From an archaeon (GTDB taxonomy: Archaea > Micrarchaeota > Micrarchaeia > Anstonellales > Anstonellaceae), in NCBI GenBank assembly GCA_020056305.1, contig JAGVIA010000016.1, forward strand, positions 1 to 50,133: 50,133 bases of DNA, written 5' to 3'. Positions 35,274 through 43,765 of this stretch are shown here, one piece after another. Every line of letters starts with the position of its first letter. Positions within the stretch are counted from its first letter, which is position 1. A program made the position numbers and the translations under genes. The notes below the pieces were generated by a model that saw only the letters and a program-made list of their open reading frames with translations, did not search any database and was not told the origin of the DNA.

Positions 35274-36416
35274 ATGCGGCAGATTTCAAAAAGCGCCCTC
35301 CTATTGCTCTTTTTCATCCCGCATCTTGCATTTTCCGCCTATTTTGCCCAGCCCGCATACCTTGCCGCATCAAGAATCGCCGGAAACCAAACATTCACCT
35401 ACCTCAATTTCACGCCCGACAATGTTTCCGCATATTATCTCGTGAGCATGGGCGGCGAGGAGAAATTCCTCGTCTGGGTGCACCCCGTGCTTCCGATGGA
35501 AGGCCTTTTTGTTGCCGCAGAGCCCGTGCTTGAGGAGAGCCATGCGGCGTCAATACTGGCACAAATGTATTCCTCAAACGGCGCAGATATTTCCGCCCTC
35601 TTGCAGCTTGGCCAAACGCACGCCCTCGTGCAAAAATTCTCCGCCTCGCGCAAAAGCGACGAGCGCAAGTGTGACATTTATCTCGGGCTTGATGAGCACA
35701 ACTGCACTGATTTTGATTCGTGCCAGAAGGCATGCTACAGCCGCACGTCATTCTGCCAGCCACTTGCCCTTGGCATCGGGCGGCCGCTTATTGGCGCAAT
35801 CATGAATTACTCCGATGGCAAGCGCAACATAACCTCTCTGCTTGAAACAGAGGAGGTAATTTACGCGCTGCTTATGGCAAACCAGAGCGCAGGGAATTTC
35901 GATGCCTACTGGCAGGCAGTGCTTGCAATCGATGCAAACGCCGGCAAAATCAATTCAAATCCCCTCTTCACCGCCTACCAGCTGTGCTACCCAATCAACG
36001 CAAGCGCGCTTTCCGCCGCAAAGCAGCTGCTTGCATCAATGCGCGCCAAGGCATACCCCCTTCTTGCAGTGAAAACGCGCGCCCGCGATTACACCGAATT
36101 TGCAAGGGCGCGCTGGAACAATTCGCTTCCAATCATAGTGCAGGGGGAAATTCCCGGGCGTGCAGGCGCATCCAATTTCTCCCTTATTCCGCTCGCACGC
36201 CAAGCCGGCGGCGCAGCCTTCATTGCAAACATGATTGGGCCATTTGATGAGAGCTCTCTTCAGCTCGCAGCCGCACTGGCGGCACTGTCCGGCGTCGGCA
36301 TAGGCATCGCAATGGCTGTCGCATACGCGATTGTGCGCCACAGCCCGCGCTCCGGCGGCGCATCCCGCAGCGCACGGCAAAAGCCGTCCTCCGCAAAGCC
36401 CGACGGAGCGCCATAA
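35274..36416 (+). CDS. Secreted, C-terminally anchored Cys-motif protein; paralogue A of the 42497 gene
   Basis: It has a signal-like MRQISKSALLLLFFIPHLAFSA and the conserved block KCDIYLGLDEHNCTDFDSCQKACYSRTSFCQPLALGIGRPLI. A C-terminal TM segment is present. Confidence 0.7.
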   Translation: MRQISKSALLLLFFIPHLAFSAYFAQPAYLAASRIAGNQTFTYLNFTPDNVSAYYLVSMGGEEKFLVWVHPVLPMEGLFVAAEPVLEESHAASILAQMYSSNGADISALLQLGQTHALVQKFSASRKSDERKCDIYLGLDEHNCTDFDSCQKACYSRTSFCQPLALGIGRPLIGAIMNYSDGKRNITSLLETEEVIYALLMANQSAGNFDAYWQAVLAIDANAGKINSNPLFTAYQLCYPINASALSAAKQLLASMRAKAYPLLAVKTRARDYTEFARARWNNSLPIIVQGEIPGRAGASNFSLIPLARQAGGAAFIANMIGPFDESSLQLAAALAALSGVGIGIAMAVAYAIVRHSPRSGGASRSARQKPSSAKPDGAP

Positions 36417-36447
36417 ATTCCATTGTCCGCCGGAAGCCCTACAAAAA

Positions 36448-36459
36448 CATTTATAAACC
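36448..36459 (+). promoter_or_regulatory. Candidate TATA box for the giant surface-protein gene; implies a 5' UTR of about 100 nt
   Basis: catttataaacc lies about 130 nt upstream of the ATG at 36584. A gggggtg SD sits at 36571-36577. A 7-bp hairpin (atcgggg...ccccgat) lies in the leader. Confidence 0.35.
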
Positions 36460-36583
36460 GTATATCCGTATAGATGCCATGCATTCGGTTACTACGTCGT
36501 ATCGGGGAGCTTTTTCCCCCGATGCCGGAAAGTTCGGGAGGATTTTCCGCCGGTAGTTTCATGATAATTTGGGGGTGTCAGTT

Positions 36584-39500
36584 ATGAATTTCATGTCGAA
36601 AATGGCTGTTTTTGTGCTTGCTCTGGCAATGCTTGCGGGCGCGAATTTTGCCATGGCATACATACAAACCAACGCCACCGTCTTATCTGCGGACCGTACG
36701 GGCCTTGGATATACCAACCTCTCCACCTTCTATATAATTGAGGATATTGCAGGTCAGATAAACGTCACCAACGCCACCGCGAGAAACCTTTCAATCATCC
36801 TCCCGGTTGGATTGGAATTCAACACTGCCCTCACCGCTGGCTATATCGCGAACGTGACCACAGGCAACCTTAACTTCAGCGGCGGCTTTAACTATTCGAA
36901 CATCACGTATGTCGGCACCCGGCTGGCAATGCTTAGCAACTTTTCCGGCCCCACTGCAAATAATTCAACAATCGCCAGCCAAATCCGCATATTCGGCCTC
37001 CAGATTCGCGCCCCAGATGGAAATGGGACAGCAACAGTCACGAATCTTACAATAACCCTTAATGAGAGCATGTGGGTCTTAGGAGTCCTCGTGAACAGCA
37101 GCGTGAACATTACTAACATTTCCGTAACCAACGCAACAGTCGGAATTGTCAACATCACCCCTGGCAACTTCTCGAATGTGACATTAACACAAGTTACAAC
37201 ACTTGGATATGCTGGCTCTGCAGTCAACTTCACTGCACAGACGACAGACAGATACGGCAACACAAACGCCAGTGCATACACCCTGCGTGTCGCGTCAAAT
37301 TCAAGCAATGCAAGGTTCAGAGTCGACTCTGGTGCTTGGCTGAGCCTGCCCCAATACCTTGTAACCGCCTTGCCTAGCGGCCGCAAGATGTTCCAAATCA
37401 ATGACACCGTTAACGAAACAATAATGATATATGTAAACGGCACGAGCGGCGAAATCTTTGATTATGCAAGCGGCAACAGCTCCATGACACTATCAATCCT
37501 TACTGACAACGCCAGCATCATAAACAACCTAACTGCGGCAAACAAGACTGCGGGCACCCAATATGTCATCAGGGTCAATGTCACGGACATTTGGAATAAC
37601 GCCATAGCAGGCAAGCTCCTCAACATCTCAATCAACGGCTCAACCGCCACCGCGGCTCTTGCGAATGTGACTGGTGCCCTTGGCTTCAATTCATTCCTGT
37701 CCAACGGCACTGGTGGCGCCCCAAACGTGTCTGCCAGCACCCTCATCATAACGACGGATGCCAACGGCGTTGCAACAGCAACGCTCAACGTTTCGCAATT
37801 CGTGGGCGAAACAAACATCTCGATAAACATGACAAAAGGCGATGGCGGCGATAGCGTCTATAACTGGTCCCTAGTAACCATCAACAGCACTGACACCGAG
37901 GTGCCCTATCTTGTCACTGCCACCAATCTTGTCGCCGGCCAGTGGATTAAGGGCACATACAACCTCACTGGCAATGCGAGCGACAATGTCCGCGTGGGAA
38001 ATGTGACAATAAACATGAGCAACCTTTGGTCGTTTCCTGCAAACATCACATGGAACGGCTCGGACAACCGCGGCCAGAACATAAACTGGTCATACCTCAT
38101 TAACACGTCTCTTTTTGCAGATTCCGCCACGCTGCCAATAATAGTCAACGCATCAGACTCCAGCGGCAACCAGAATGTTTCGCTGATTGGAACACTGAGC
38201 ATTGACAACACCGTGCCCAACGTAAGTTATTATAACCGGGTCGGCGCGGCAGTCTCAAGCAACACCACTATTATGTACACGAATGCCAACCTCACAAACT
38301 ACATGGCAATCCTGATACTGGATCCGTCTTCGGGCGTGAACTCGTCAGGCGCCACTGCCTACTTGAGCTCGATAAACATCTCCTTCAACACCACTGGCGC
38401 ATACAACTACAGCATAACGAGCAACGCGGCAAACACCAGCCTCAACGTCACCATCAACGTGACCTTCCCGGTCACCGGCCTCTATGTAATGAACATGAAC
38501 ATAACCGACAACGCCGGCAACACGAACAGGACCCAGCGTTACTTCTACGTGGACATGGTTCCGCCGTTTGAGATAAACTTCACGAACATGGCGGCAATAA
38601 ACAACACTGCCGGGCTTGGGTTAAACATTACCAACGAAGCGAACATCACCATCGACCTGTCAATACAGGATGCGGTGAACATGTCAAACGAGACCGACAC
38701 CCTCAACGTCATAATACAGGTGAACAACAAGACGTCCGGCACCACTGCCTGCAACTTCTCAGCAATGAATGAGTTTGAGGTTGGCATAGTGAACGCATCC
38801 TGCGCGTTCAACATGTCCGGCGTCAACACGAACGGCGGCATCTACCAGATAAGCGCAATCGCATTTGACAGGGCGAACAACTCGCTTGTCGGCGTGCGCA
38901 TACTGGCAACCGGCAGCGCATACGCAGCCGCAACCGCTGCCAACCCGGTCAACATCTCAGGAAGCAGGGTGCAGATACTGGGCGCCAACACAACAGGCCT
39001 TGGCGGCGGCACGGTTTACATCAACCTGACCGTCAACTCAACATCTACTGCGTCACTGCCAAACATCCTGCGCAAGAAGTACCTGCTGAACTCGAGCCTT
39101 GCGGACAACTCGTTCCTGTTCAACATATCGTTCGCATACACGGCAAGCGAGCTTACCGAGCTTGGGATTTCGGATGAAAGCATGCTCGTGCCCATGTTCT
39201 ACAACACCACGTCAGCCAGATGGGAGCGCGTGCCCGGCTATGTCAACACCACCGACTTCACCGGCACTGACGCGCAGGGCAACAGCGTCGCATACGCAGG
39301 CAAGATAGTGATGACCAACCTCAAGCACTTCACCGAGTTCAGCGGCTTGGCAGGCGTTGAGGCAAACGTCACAAACTGCTCGGCAACGTATGGCAACGTG
39401 AGCAACTTTGTTGTGAACGGCACAGGGACAGTAGCGGGCATCGAGCACTGTGTGCTTGCATTCACCCTCTACAACCCGCTCAACCACGGCGTCAACCTGA

Positions 39501-41059
39501 CATGGGTGAACATCACGCTTGTCAACCTCTCTGTGGCAGACACGAATAACATCACAAACGTCACCCTCTACAATGATACCACATACCTAAACGGCACATT
39601 CGGCTACGGCCTGTTCGGCGCAGCAGTGACTGCCAACTTCTCAATAGACCCGGGCACGGTCGCAGGCGCCATAATACCGGCGGCAAGCTCCCGTACCTTC
39701 TATGTCAAATACAACATCAATCTCACTGCAACCGACAACAAGACTCTTGGCGCAATAATAGGCATCGGAGGGCTCAACATAACCAATGCCTCGGTGCCAG
39801 TAACCTTAAACGGCACCCTTGACGGATTGCGCAACGTTTCAACCGACATGTTCGCGCCGGTGTTCTTCAACAACGTCTCCACGAGCTGGAGAAACGTTTC
39901 CCAGTACGTCGGCGTAAACGTTTCGGACCTGCTGGCGCGCCAGAATGTCACAAGCGCAACCTACTGCACAGCCAGCAACGGAAACGGAAGCGGCGGAAGC
40001 TGCAACGCGTCAGCTGGCGCATCGTTCATAATTAACACTGCCTCGGGCTGCAACGGCCTTTCTGGCACATGCGCCAACGGCACGCTGGTGCTCAACCTGA
40101 CAAGCTCGGGCAACATCACGGTGAACATCACGGCAGTCGATTCGGCAGGCAACCGAAATAACTCGGTATTCTTCGTGCTTGTCGACCTCTCGGCACCGGA
40201 CATCACCAACCTCACGCCCGGTGACAACGCCATCGTGAACTCCTCGCCAACCGTTAACGCGCTGGCAACGGACACGGTGTCCGGCATTGCGAACCTTACC
40301 CTATACATAAACGGCTCGCAGGCAGGCAACAAGACCAACCTGTACAACGTGTCAGCCGCAGCTGGGGTTAACATCTTCAACTTTACCACGCTTGCAGGAG
40401 GCACGCACAACATAAGCCTTATCGCAGAGAATGGCGCAGGCAGCAGAACCAACCGAAGCTGGTCGTTCACAGTGAACGGCTCGTTTAGCCTCTGGGTGGT
40501 GATTGACCTCGCCTCGGGCTTCAACCTGATTGCGATACCGATGAACGTCACCAACAACTCGGTGAAGTCGGTGGTCTCGGGCATAAACGACAGCCTGGTG
40601 AATGTCTGGCACTATGACCCGACAAACGGCTACGTGGTGTACAACACCAACCAGAGCGTGCCCAACACCCTGACAAGCATCATACCGGGGCAGGCATACT
40701 TCCTGAACATGTCTGCGCCTGCCAACCTTACCATATACGGCTTCACGCCGAGCTTGGGCAGCGCGCCTGACTACCCGACAAGGGCGGCGTTCAGCCTCAT
40801 TGTTGGCTGGAACATGGTGGGCGCATTCATAAATGCAACAAACCCTGCCAACGGGTCTGCAATGGTGAACTCCTGCATGATGTTCAGGGACATAGGAGGC
40901 AGCACCCTCGTGACCGGGCTGACGGGCTACAACTCGTCAATGGGCTACTACAGTGTCATACAGTCGTCATCCCCCTGCCCGTCGTCGTCGCCGAACCTCG
41001 TGCAGGGCTGGGGCTACTGGACATACGCCAGCTCAGCAGGCACATACTACCAATACTAA
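36584..41059 (+). CDS. Giant secreted protein saturated with N-glycosylation sequons (candidate S-layer or outer surface-lattice protein)
   Basis: An ATG at 36584 follows an SD. The signal peptide is MNFMSKMAVFVLALAMLAGANFAMA. The protein is about 1491 aa with roughly 130 N-x-S/T sequons by my own eye count. It has no C-terminal TM segment and ends in an aromatic-rich motif (WGYWTYASSAGTYYQY). Confidence 0.8.
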   Translation: MNFMSKMAVFVLALAMLAGANFAMAYIQTNATVLSADRTGLGYTNLSTFYIIEDIAGQINVTNATARNLSIILPVGLEFNTALTAGYIANVTTGNLNFSGGFNYSNITYVGTRLAMLSNFSGPTANNSTIASQIRIFGLQIRAPDGNGTATVTNLTITLNESMWVLGVLVNSSVNITNISVTNATVGIVNITPGNFSNVTLTQVTTLGYAGSAVNFTAQTTDRYGNTNASAYTLRVASNSSNARFRVDSGAWLSLPQYLVTALPSGRKMFQINDTVNETIMIYVNGTSGEIFDYASGNSSMTLSILTDNASIINNLTAANKTAGTQYVIRVNVTDIWNNAIAGKLLNISINGSTATAALANVTGALGFNSFLSNGTGGAPNVSASTLIITTDANGVATATLNVSQFVGETNISINMTKGDGGDSVYNWSLVTINSTDTEVPYLVTATNLVAGQWIKGTYNLTGNASDNVRVGNVTINMSNLWSFPANITWNGSDNRGQNINWSYLINTSLFADSATLPIIVNASDSSGNQNVSLIGTLSIDNTVPNVSYYNRVGAAVSSNTTIMYTNANLTNYMAILILDPSSGVNSSGATAYLSSINISFNTTGAYNYSITSNAANTSLNVTINVTFPVTGLYVMNMNITDNAGNTNRTQRYFYVDMVPPFEINFTNMAAINNTAGLGLNITNEANITIDLSIQDAVNMSNETDTLNVIIQVNNKTSGTTACNFSAMNEFEVGIVNASCAFNMSGVNTNGGIYQISAIAFDRANNSLVGVRILATGSAYAAATAANPVNISGSRVQILGANTTGLGGGTVYINLTVNSTSTASLPNILRKKYLLNSSLADNSFLFNISFAYTASELTELGISDESMLVPMFYNTTSARWERVPGYVNTTDFTGTDAQGNSVAYAGKIVMTNLKHFTEFSGLAGVEANVTNCSATYGNVSNFVVNGTGTVAGIEHCVLAFTLYNPLNHGVNLTWVNITLVNLSVADTNNITNVTLYNDTTYLNGTFGYGLFGAAVTANFSIDPGTVAGAIIPAASSRTFYVKYNINLTATDNKTLGAIIGIGGLNITNASVPVTLNGTLDGLRNVSTDMFAPVFFNNVSTSWRNVSQYVGVNVSDLLARQNVTSATYCTASNGNGSGGSCNASAGASFIINTASGCNGLSGTCANGTLVLNLTSSGNITVNITAVDSAGNRNNSVFFVLVDLSAPDITNLTPGDNAIVNSSPTVNALATDTVSGIANLTLYINGSQAGNKTNLYNVSAAAGVNIFNFTTLAGGTHNISLIAENGAGSRTNRSWSFTVNGSFSLWVVIDLASGFNLIAIPMNVTNNSVKSVVSGINDSLVNVWHYDPTNGYVVYNTNQSVPNTLTSIIPGQAYFLNMSAPANLTIYGFTPSLGSAPDYPTRAAFSLIVGWNMVGAFINATNPANGSAMVNSCMMFRDIGGSTLVTGLTGYNSSMGYYSVIQSSSPCPSSSPNLVQGWGYWTYASSAGTYYQY

Positions 41060-41069
41060 GCCTGCCCCC

Positions 41070-41092
41070 TTTCTTTTTTATTTTTTTAATTC
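41070..41092 (+). terminator. T-rich tract after the giant gene (terminator or attenuator candidate)
   Basis: tttctttttta tttttttaat tc starts 11 nt after the stop. A near-duplicate motif occurs at 42409-42429. Confidence 0.4.
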
Positions 41093-41116
41093 ATGTTCCA
41101 TCTGGAGGTGCGATTA

Positions 41117-42403
41117 ATGCGATTGAATATTTTGGCTCTTTTGCTGCTTTCCCTTGCGGCAGTTTCATTTGCACAGGCAGCACTGCCACAAAGCCACTAT
41201 TTCTTTGGCAACATAACCGCCGACACCGGCGTCAGCATGCTGGGGCAGACTCTCACTGCGACAGTGGGCGCAACATCCACGACCGCAACGACGGCAGTGA
41301 CAACTGCGCCTGACGGCACAACATACAACTACAACGTCATGGTCAACCGCGCACCCGGCGACACTACAAATACTACGGTTCTCTTCTCGATAAACAGCTA
41401 CAATTTCATGAACAGCACGTTTGTGCATTTAGGCAGGACGCACCTTAACGGCCAGTTCCCGGCTGCGCAGCTTCCGGTTACCCCCACACCATCAACTCCA
41501 CCTGGCACCGGCGGCAGCACTGGCGGCTCAAGCGGCACCGGCTCTGGCGGGGGCGCGGCAGGCGGCGCTGGCGCAACGGGCAGCGGCTCATCAGCAAACA
41601 CTGTTTCAGTTGACATTGGCGGCGGCACAAGCTGCAACATCTCCGTTACCCGCGAGATAAACAGCGGCTCAGGCAGGACCGAGCTGACTACGACGCTGCA
41701 GAACAACGGCGGGGGCGCCTGCACCATTTCCGCATTTGACATTGCGGACACGTTCCCGGAGAACTTCACGACCGACCTGTCTGAAGTCAATTTCTCAATA
41801 AATCCGGCATCCAAGTCCGGCCAGATCGCAACCTGGCGTTTCTACCAATTCCGCCCGGGCGAGTCAATCATACTCATCTACACCTTCCCGCGCGAGATAG
41901 CCCCGGCAAAGATACGCGAGTGGGGCCTTCCAACAATAACCCTGCAGGCTGGCGTCGCGCCCGAGGGCGGCATTGTGACGCTTGATGTGGCATCGACCGG
42001 AGTCATCGGCATGCCAATCACAATAACGGTAAAGAAGGGCGGCGTGCCCCTTGCAGGCGCAACAATCGAGATTACCACGCCCCAGCGCCAGAAAATCACC
42101 CTTGTGGCAGGTCCTGACGGCACTGTTTCATTCACGCCAACTCTTGCTGGCACATACACCTATGCAGTGCCTGGCTACACGCTTGCTGCAGCTGTTTCTA
42201 CATCTGTTTTGACAGAGGCTGCGCCGCCGCCAACACCAGCCCCAACCCCAGGTCCAACCCAGCTGCCTCCGGAGCAGCCTCCTGCGCCGGCGCAAGGCTT
42301 CCCCTGGCTCACAATAGTGCTTGTTGTGGCAGGCATTGCAGTAATAGGCGCGGTTGCCTGGGCAGCGCTTGTCTACTTCAAGGGCAGGAAAAAGGGCATC
42401 TAA
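41117..42403 (+). CDS. Secreted protein with a P/T/G/S linker, a beta-sandwich-like domain and a C-terminal TM anchor (candidate membrane stalk partner)
   Basis: A ggaggtg SD lies upstream of the ATG at 41117. The signal peptide is MRLNILALLLLSLAAVSFAQA. The linker is PVTPTPSTPPGTGGSTGGSSGTGSGGGAAGGAGATGSGSS. A CarboxypepD_reg-like segment (GVPLAGATIEITTP...GPDGTVSFTPTLAGTYTY) is present. The C-terminus is WLTIVLVVAGIAVIGAVAWAALVYFKGRKKGI. Confidence 0.75.
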   Translation: MRLNILALLLLSLAAVSFAQAALPQSHYFFGNITADTGVSMLGQTLTATVGATSTTATTAVTTAPDGTTYNYNVMVNRAPGDTTNTTVLFSINSYNFMNSTFVHLGRTHLNGQFPAAQLPVTPTPSTPPGTGGSTGGSSGTGSGGGAAGGAGATGSGSSANTVSVDIGGGTSCNISVTREINSGSGRTELTTTLQNNGGGACTISAFDIADTFPENFTTDLSEVNFSINPASKSGQIATWRFYQFRPGESIILIYTFPREIAPAKIREWGLPTITLQAGVAPEGGIVTLDVASTGVIGMPITITVKKGGVPLAGATIEITTPQRQKITLVAGPDGTVSFTPTLAGTYTYAVPGYTLAAAVSTSVLTEAAPPPTPAPTPGPTQLPPEQPPAPAQGFPWLTIVLVVAGIAVIGAVAWAALVYFKGRKKGI

Positions 42404-42408
42404 GCGCC

Positions 42409-42429
42409 CTTCCTTTTTTATTTTAATTC
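42409..42429 (+). terminator. T-rich tract after the 41117 gene, followed by a 9-bp hairpin
   Basis: The tract reads cttcctttttta ttttaattc. A hairpin follows: attccgcat-(13 nt)-atgcggaat (42425-42455). Confidence 0.4.
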
Positions 42430-42496
42430 CGCATAGCGCAAGCAATAATGCGGAATGCCAAGAAGCAATAAAAAGGCGAATCCCAAATCAATATCC

Positions 42497-43663
42497 ATGC
42501 GGCATTTTCCAATCGCGCTCTCAATCGCATTTCTCTGCCTGCCCATTTTCGCGTCAGCAGAATATGACGGCGTCGCAGGGGCCCTCATTTTCCAGATGCT
42601 CCTGCCAAACGAGACATTCTCATATTCCAATTTCACAGAGGGCGAAGTTGCCTACTACCTGGTCAGCATAGGCGGCACTGAGCGCTTTTTGGTGCGCGTA
42701 GGGCCCGTCCCGCCTGAGGGAAGGGGGCAGCCGCTGCTTGCCGCAGAGCCGGTCCTCGAAGCCTCCTCTGCTGTTGCGGCGCTGAAAAAAATACGCTGGC
42801 AAAACGGCTCCAATCTCTCAGAGCTTGACAAGCTCGAATCAATACACCTGCTAATAGCGGCGTTCGAGTCCTCCCGCACTCCAGGCGAGCACAAGTGCGA
42901 CATCCTGATTGGAATGGACGAGCACCACTGCATCGACTTTGAGTCGTGCCAGAAATCCTGCTACAGCCGCACGTCATTTTGCCAGCCCCTTGCCCTTGGC
43001 ATCGGAAGGCCGCTAATCGAGGCGATGTTTGACTACTCCAACGGCACCAAGAATCTCACACTGCTTCTTGCAGAGGAGGACGCCCGCCATGCCGCCCTCT
43101 CCTCGCAAAGAACAGCCCAGAACCTTGATGACTACCTATCCACTCTCACTGCAATAAATGTGCAGGCGACGAAAATAAACAACAACATGGTCTTTTACGG
43201 CTACCAGATATGCTTCCCTCCAAACTATGACATGGCATCGCTTACGCGCGCCAAGCTTGAGCTGCTTTCAATCTACGCAAAGGCAATACCAATCCTGCGG
43301 GCTGACGAGGAGGGCAGGCAGATGGCTGAATCTGCAAGCTCCCGCTATCGGGCCGGTGGCGAGCGCAATGTTGTGCCAGAAAAGCAAACTGCGCCCCAAA
43401 TTCCAAACGGCGGCGGAACGAATGGCACAAACGTTTCCATCAACGCATCTGAAAACAAAACAATTGCCAATGGCATCCCAAGCACGGCTGGCGTTCCCTC
43501 CAATGCAATGGCGCCAGGCGCCTCTTCGGCTTCCAGCGGCGCGCAAAGCCAGCTTATACTGATTTCGGCTGCGCTAGTGCTTGCACTGCTAGGCGCGGCG
43601 TATTTCCTTGTTGCCAAAAAGAAAAGCAAAAGCGCAAAGCAAGAAATGCCAAAGAAGAAATAA
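42497..43663 (+). CDS. Secreted, C-terminally anchored Cys-motif protein; paralogue B of the 35274 gene
   Basis: It has a signal-like MRHFPIALSIAFLCLPIFASA and the block KCDILIGMDEHHCIDFESCQKSCYSRTSFCQPLALGIGRPLI. A C-terminal TM segment and a Lys-rich tail are present. Confidence 0.7.
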   Translation: MRHFPIALSIAFLCLPIFASAEYDGVAGALIFQMLLPNETFSYSNFTEGEVAYYLVSIGGTERFLVRVGPVPPEGRGQPLLAAEPVLEASSAVAALKKIRWQNGSNLSELDKLESIHLLIAAFESSRTPGEHKCDILIGMDEHHCIDFESCQKSCYSRTSFCQPLALGIGRPLIEAMFDYSNGTKNLTLLLAEEDARHAALSSQRTAQNLDDYLSTLTAINVQATKINNNMVFYGYQICFPPNYDMASLTRAKLELLSIYAKAIPILRADEEGRQMAESASSRYRAGGERNVVPEKQTAPQIPNGGGTNGTNVSINASENKTIANGIPSTAGVPSNAMAPGASSASSGAQSQLILISAALVLALLGAAYFLVAKKKSKSAKQEMPKKK

Positions 43664-43725
43664 ACTGGGCTGCCATCTGATAGCTCCCAAGCGCCATTCC
43701 CTGCATACTATTTTAAATTCTGGAT

Positions 43726-43750
43726 ACTATTTTATAATTTATAAAATAGT
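43726..43750. promoter_or_regulatory. Perfect 25-nt palindrome overlapping the TATA region of the inositol-phosphate synthase gene
   Basis: actattttataatttataaaatagt has 12-bp arms and 1 central nt. Its centre is 28 nt upstream of the ATG at 43766. atactatttta also occurs as a direct repeat at 43705-43715 and 43725-43735. Confidence 0.6.
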
Positions 43751-43765
43751 TATCGAGATGGCAAT

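Noticed and set aside
36892-40612. Several long minus-strand ORFs (up to 207 aa) lie antisense to the giant surface-protein gene.
   Set aside because: The AAC-NNN-AC(N)/TC(N) codon bias of the sense strand keeps them open. Their translations are low-complexity and each is fully nested in a far longer, well-supported ORF with a signal peptide and an SD.
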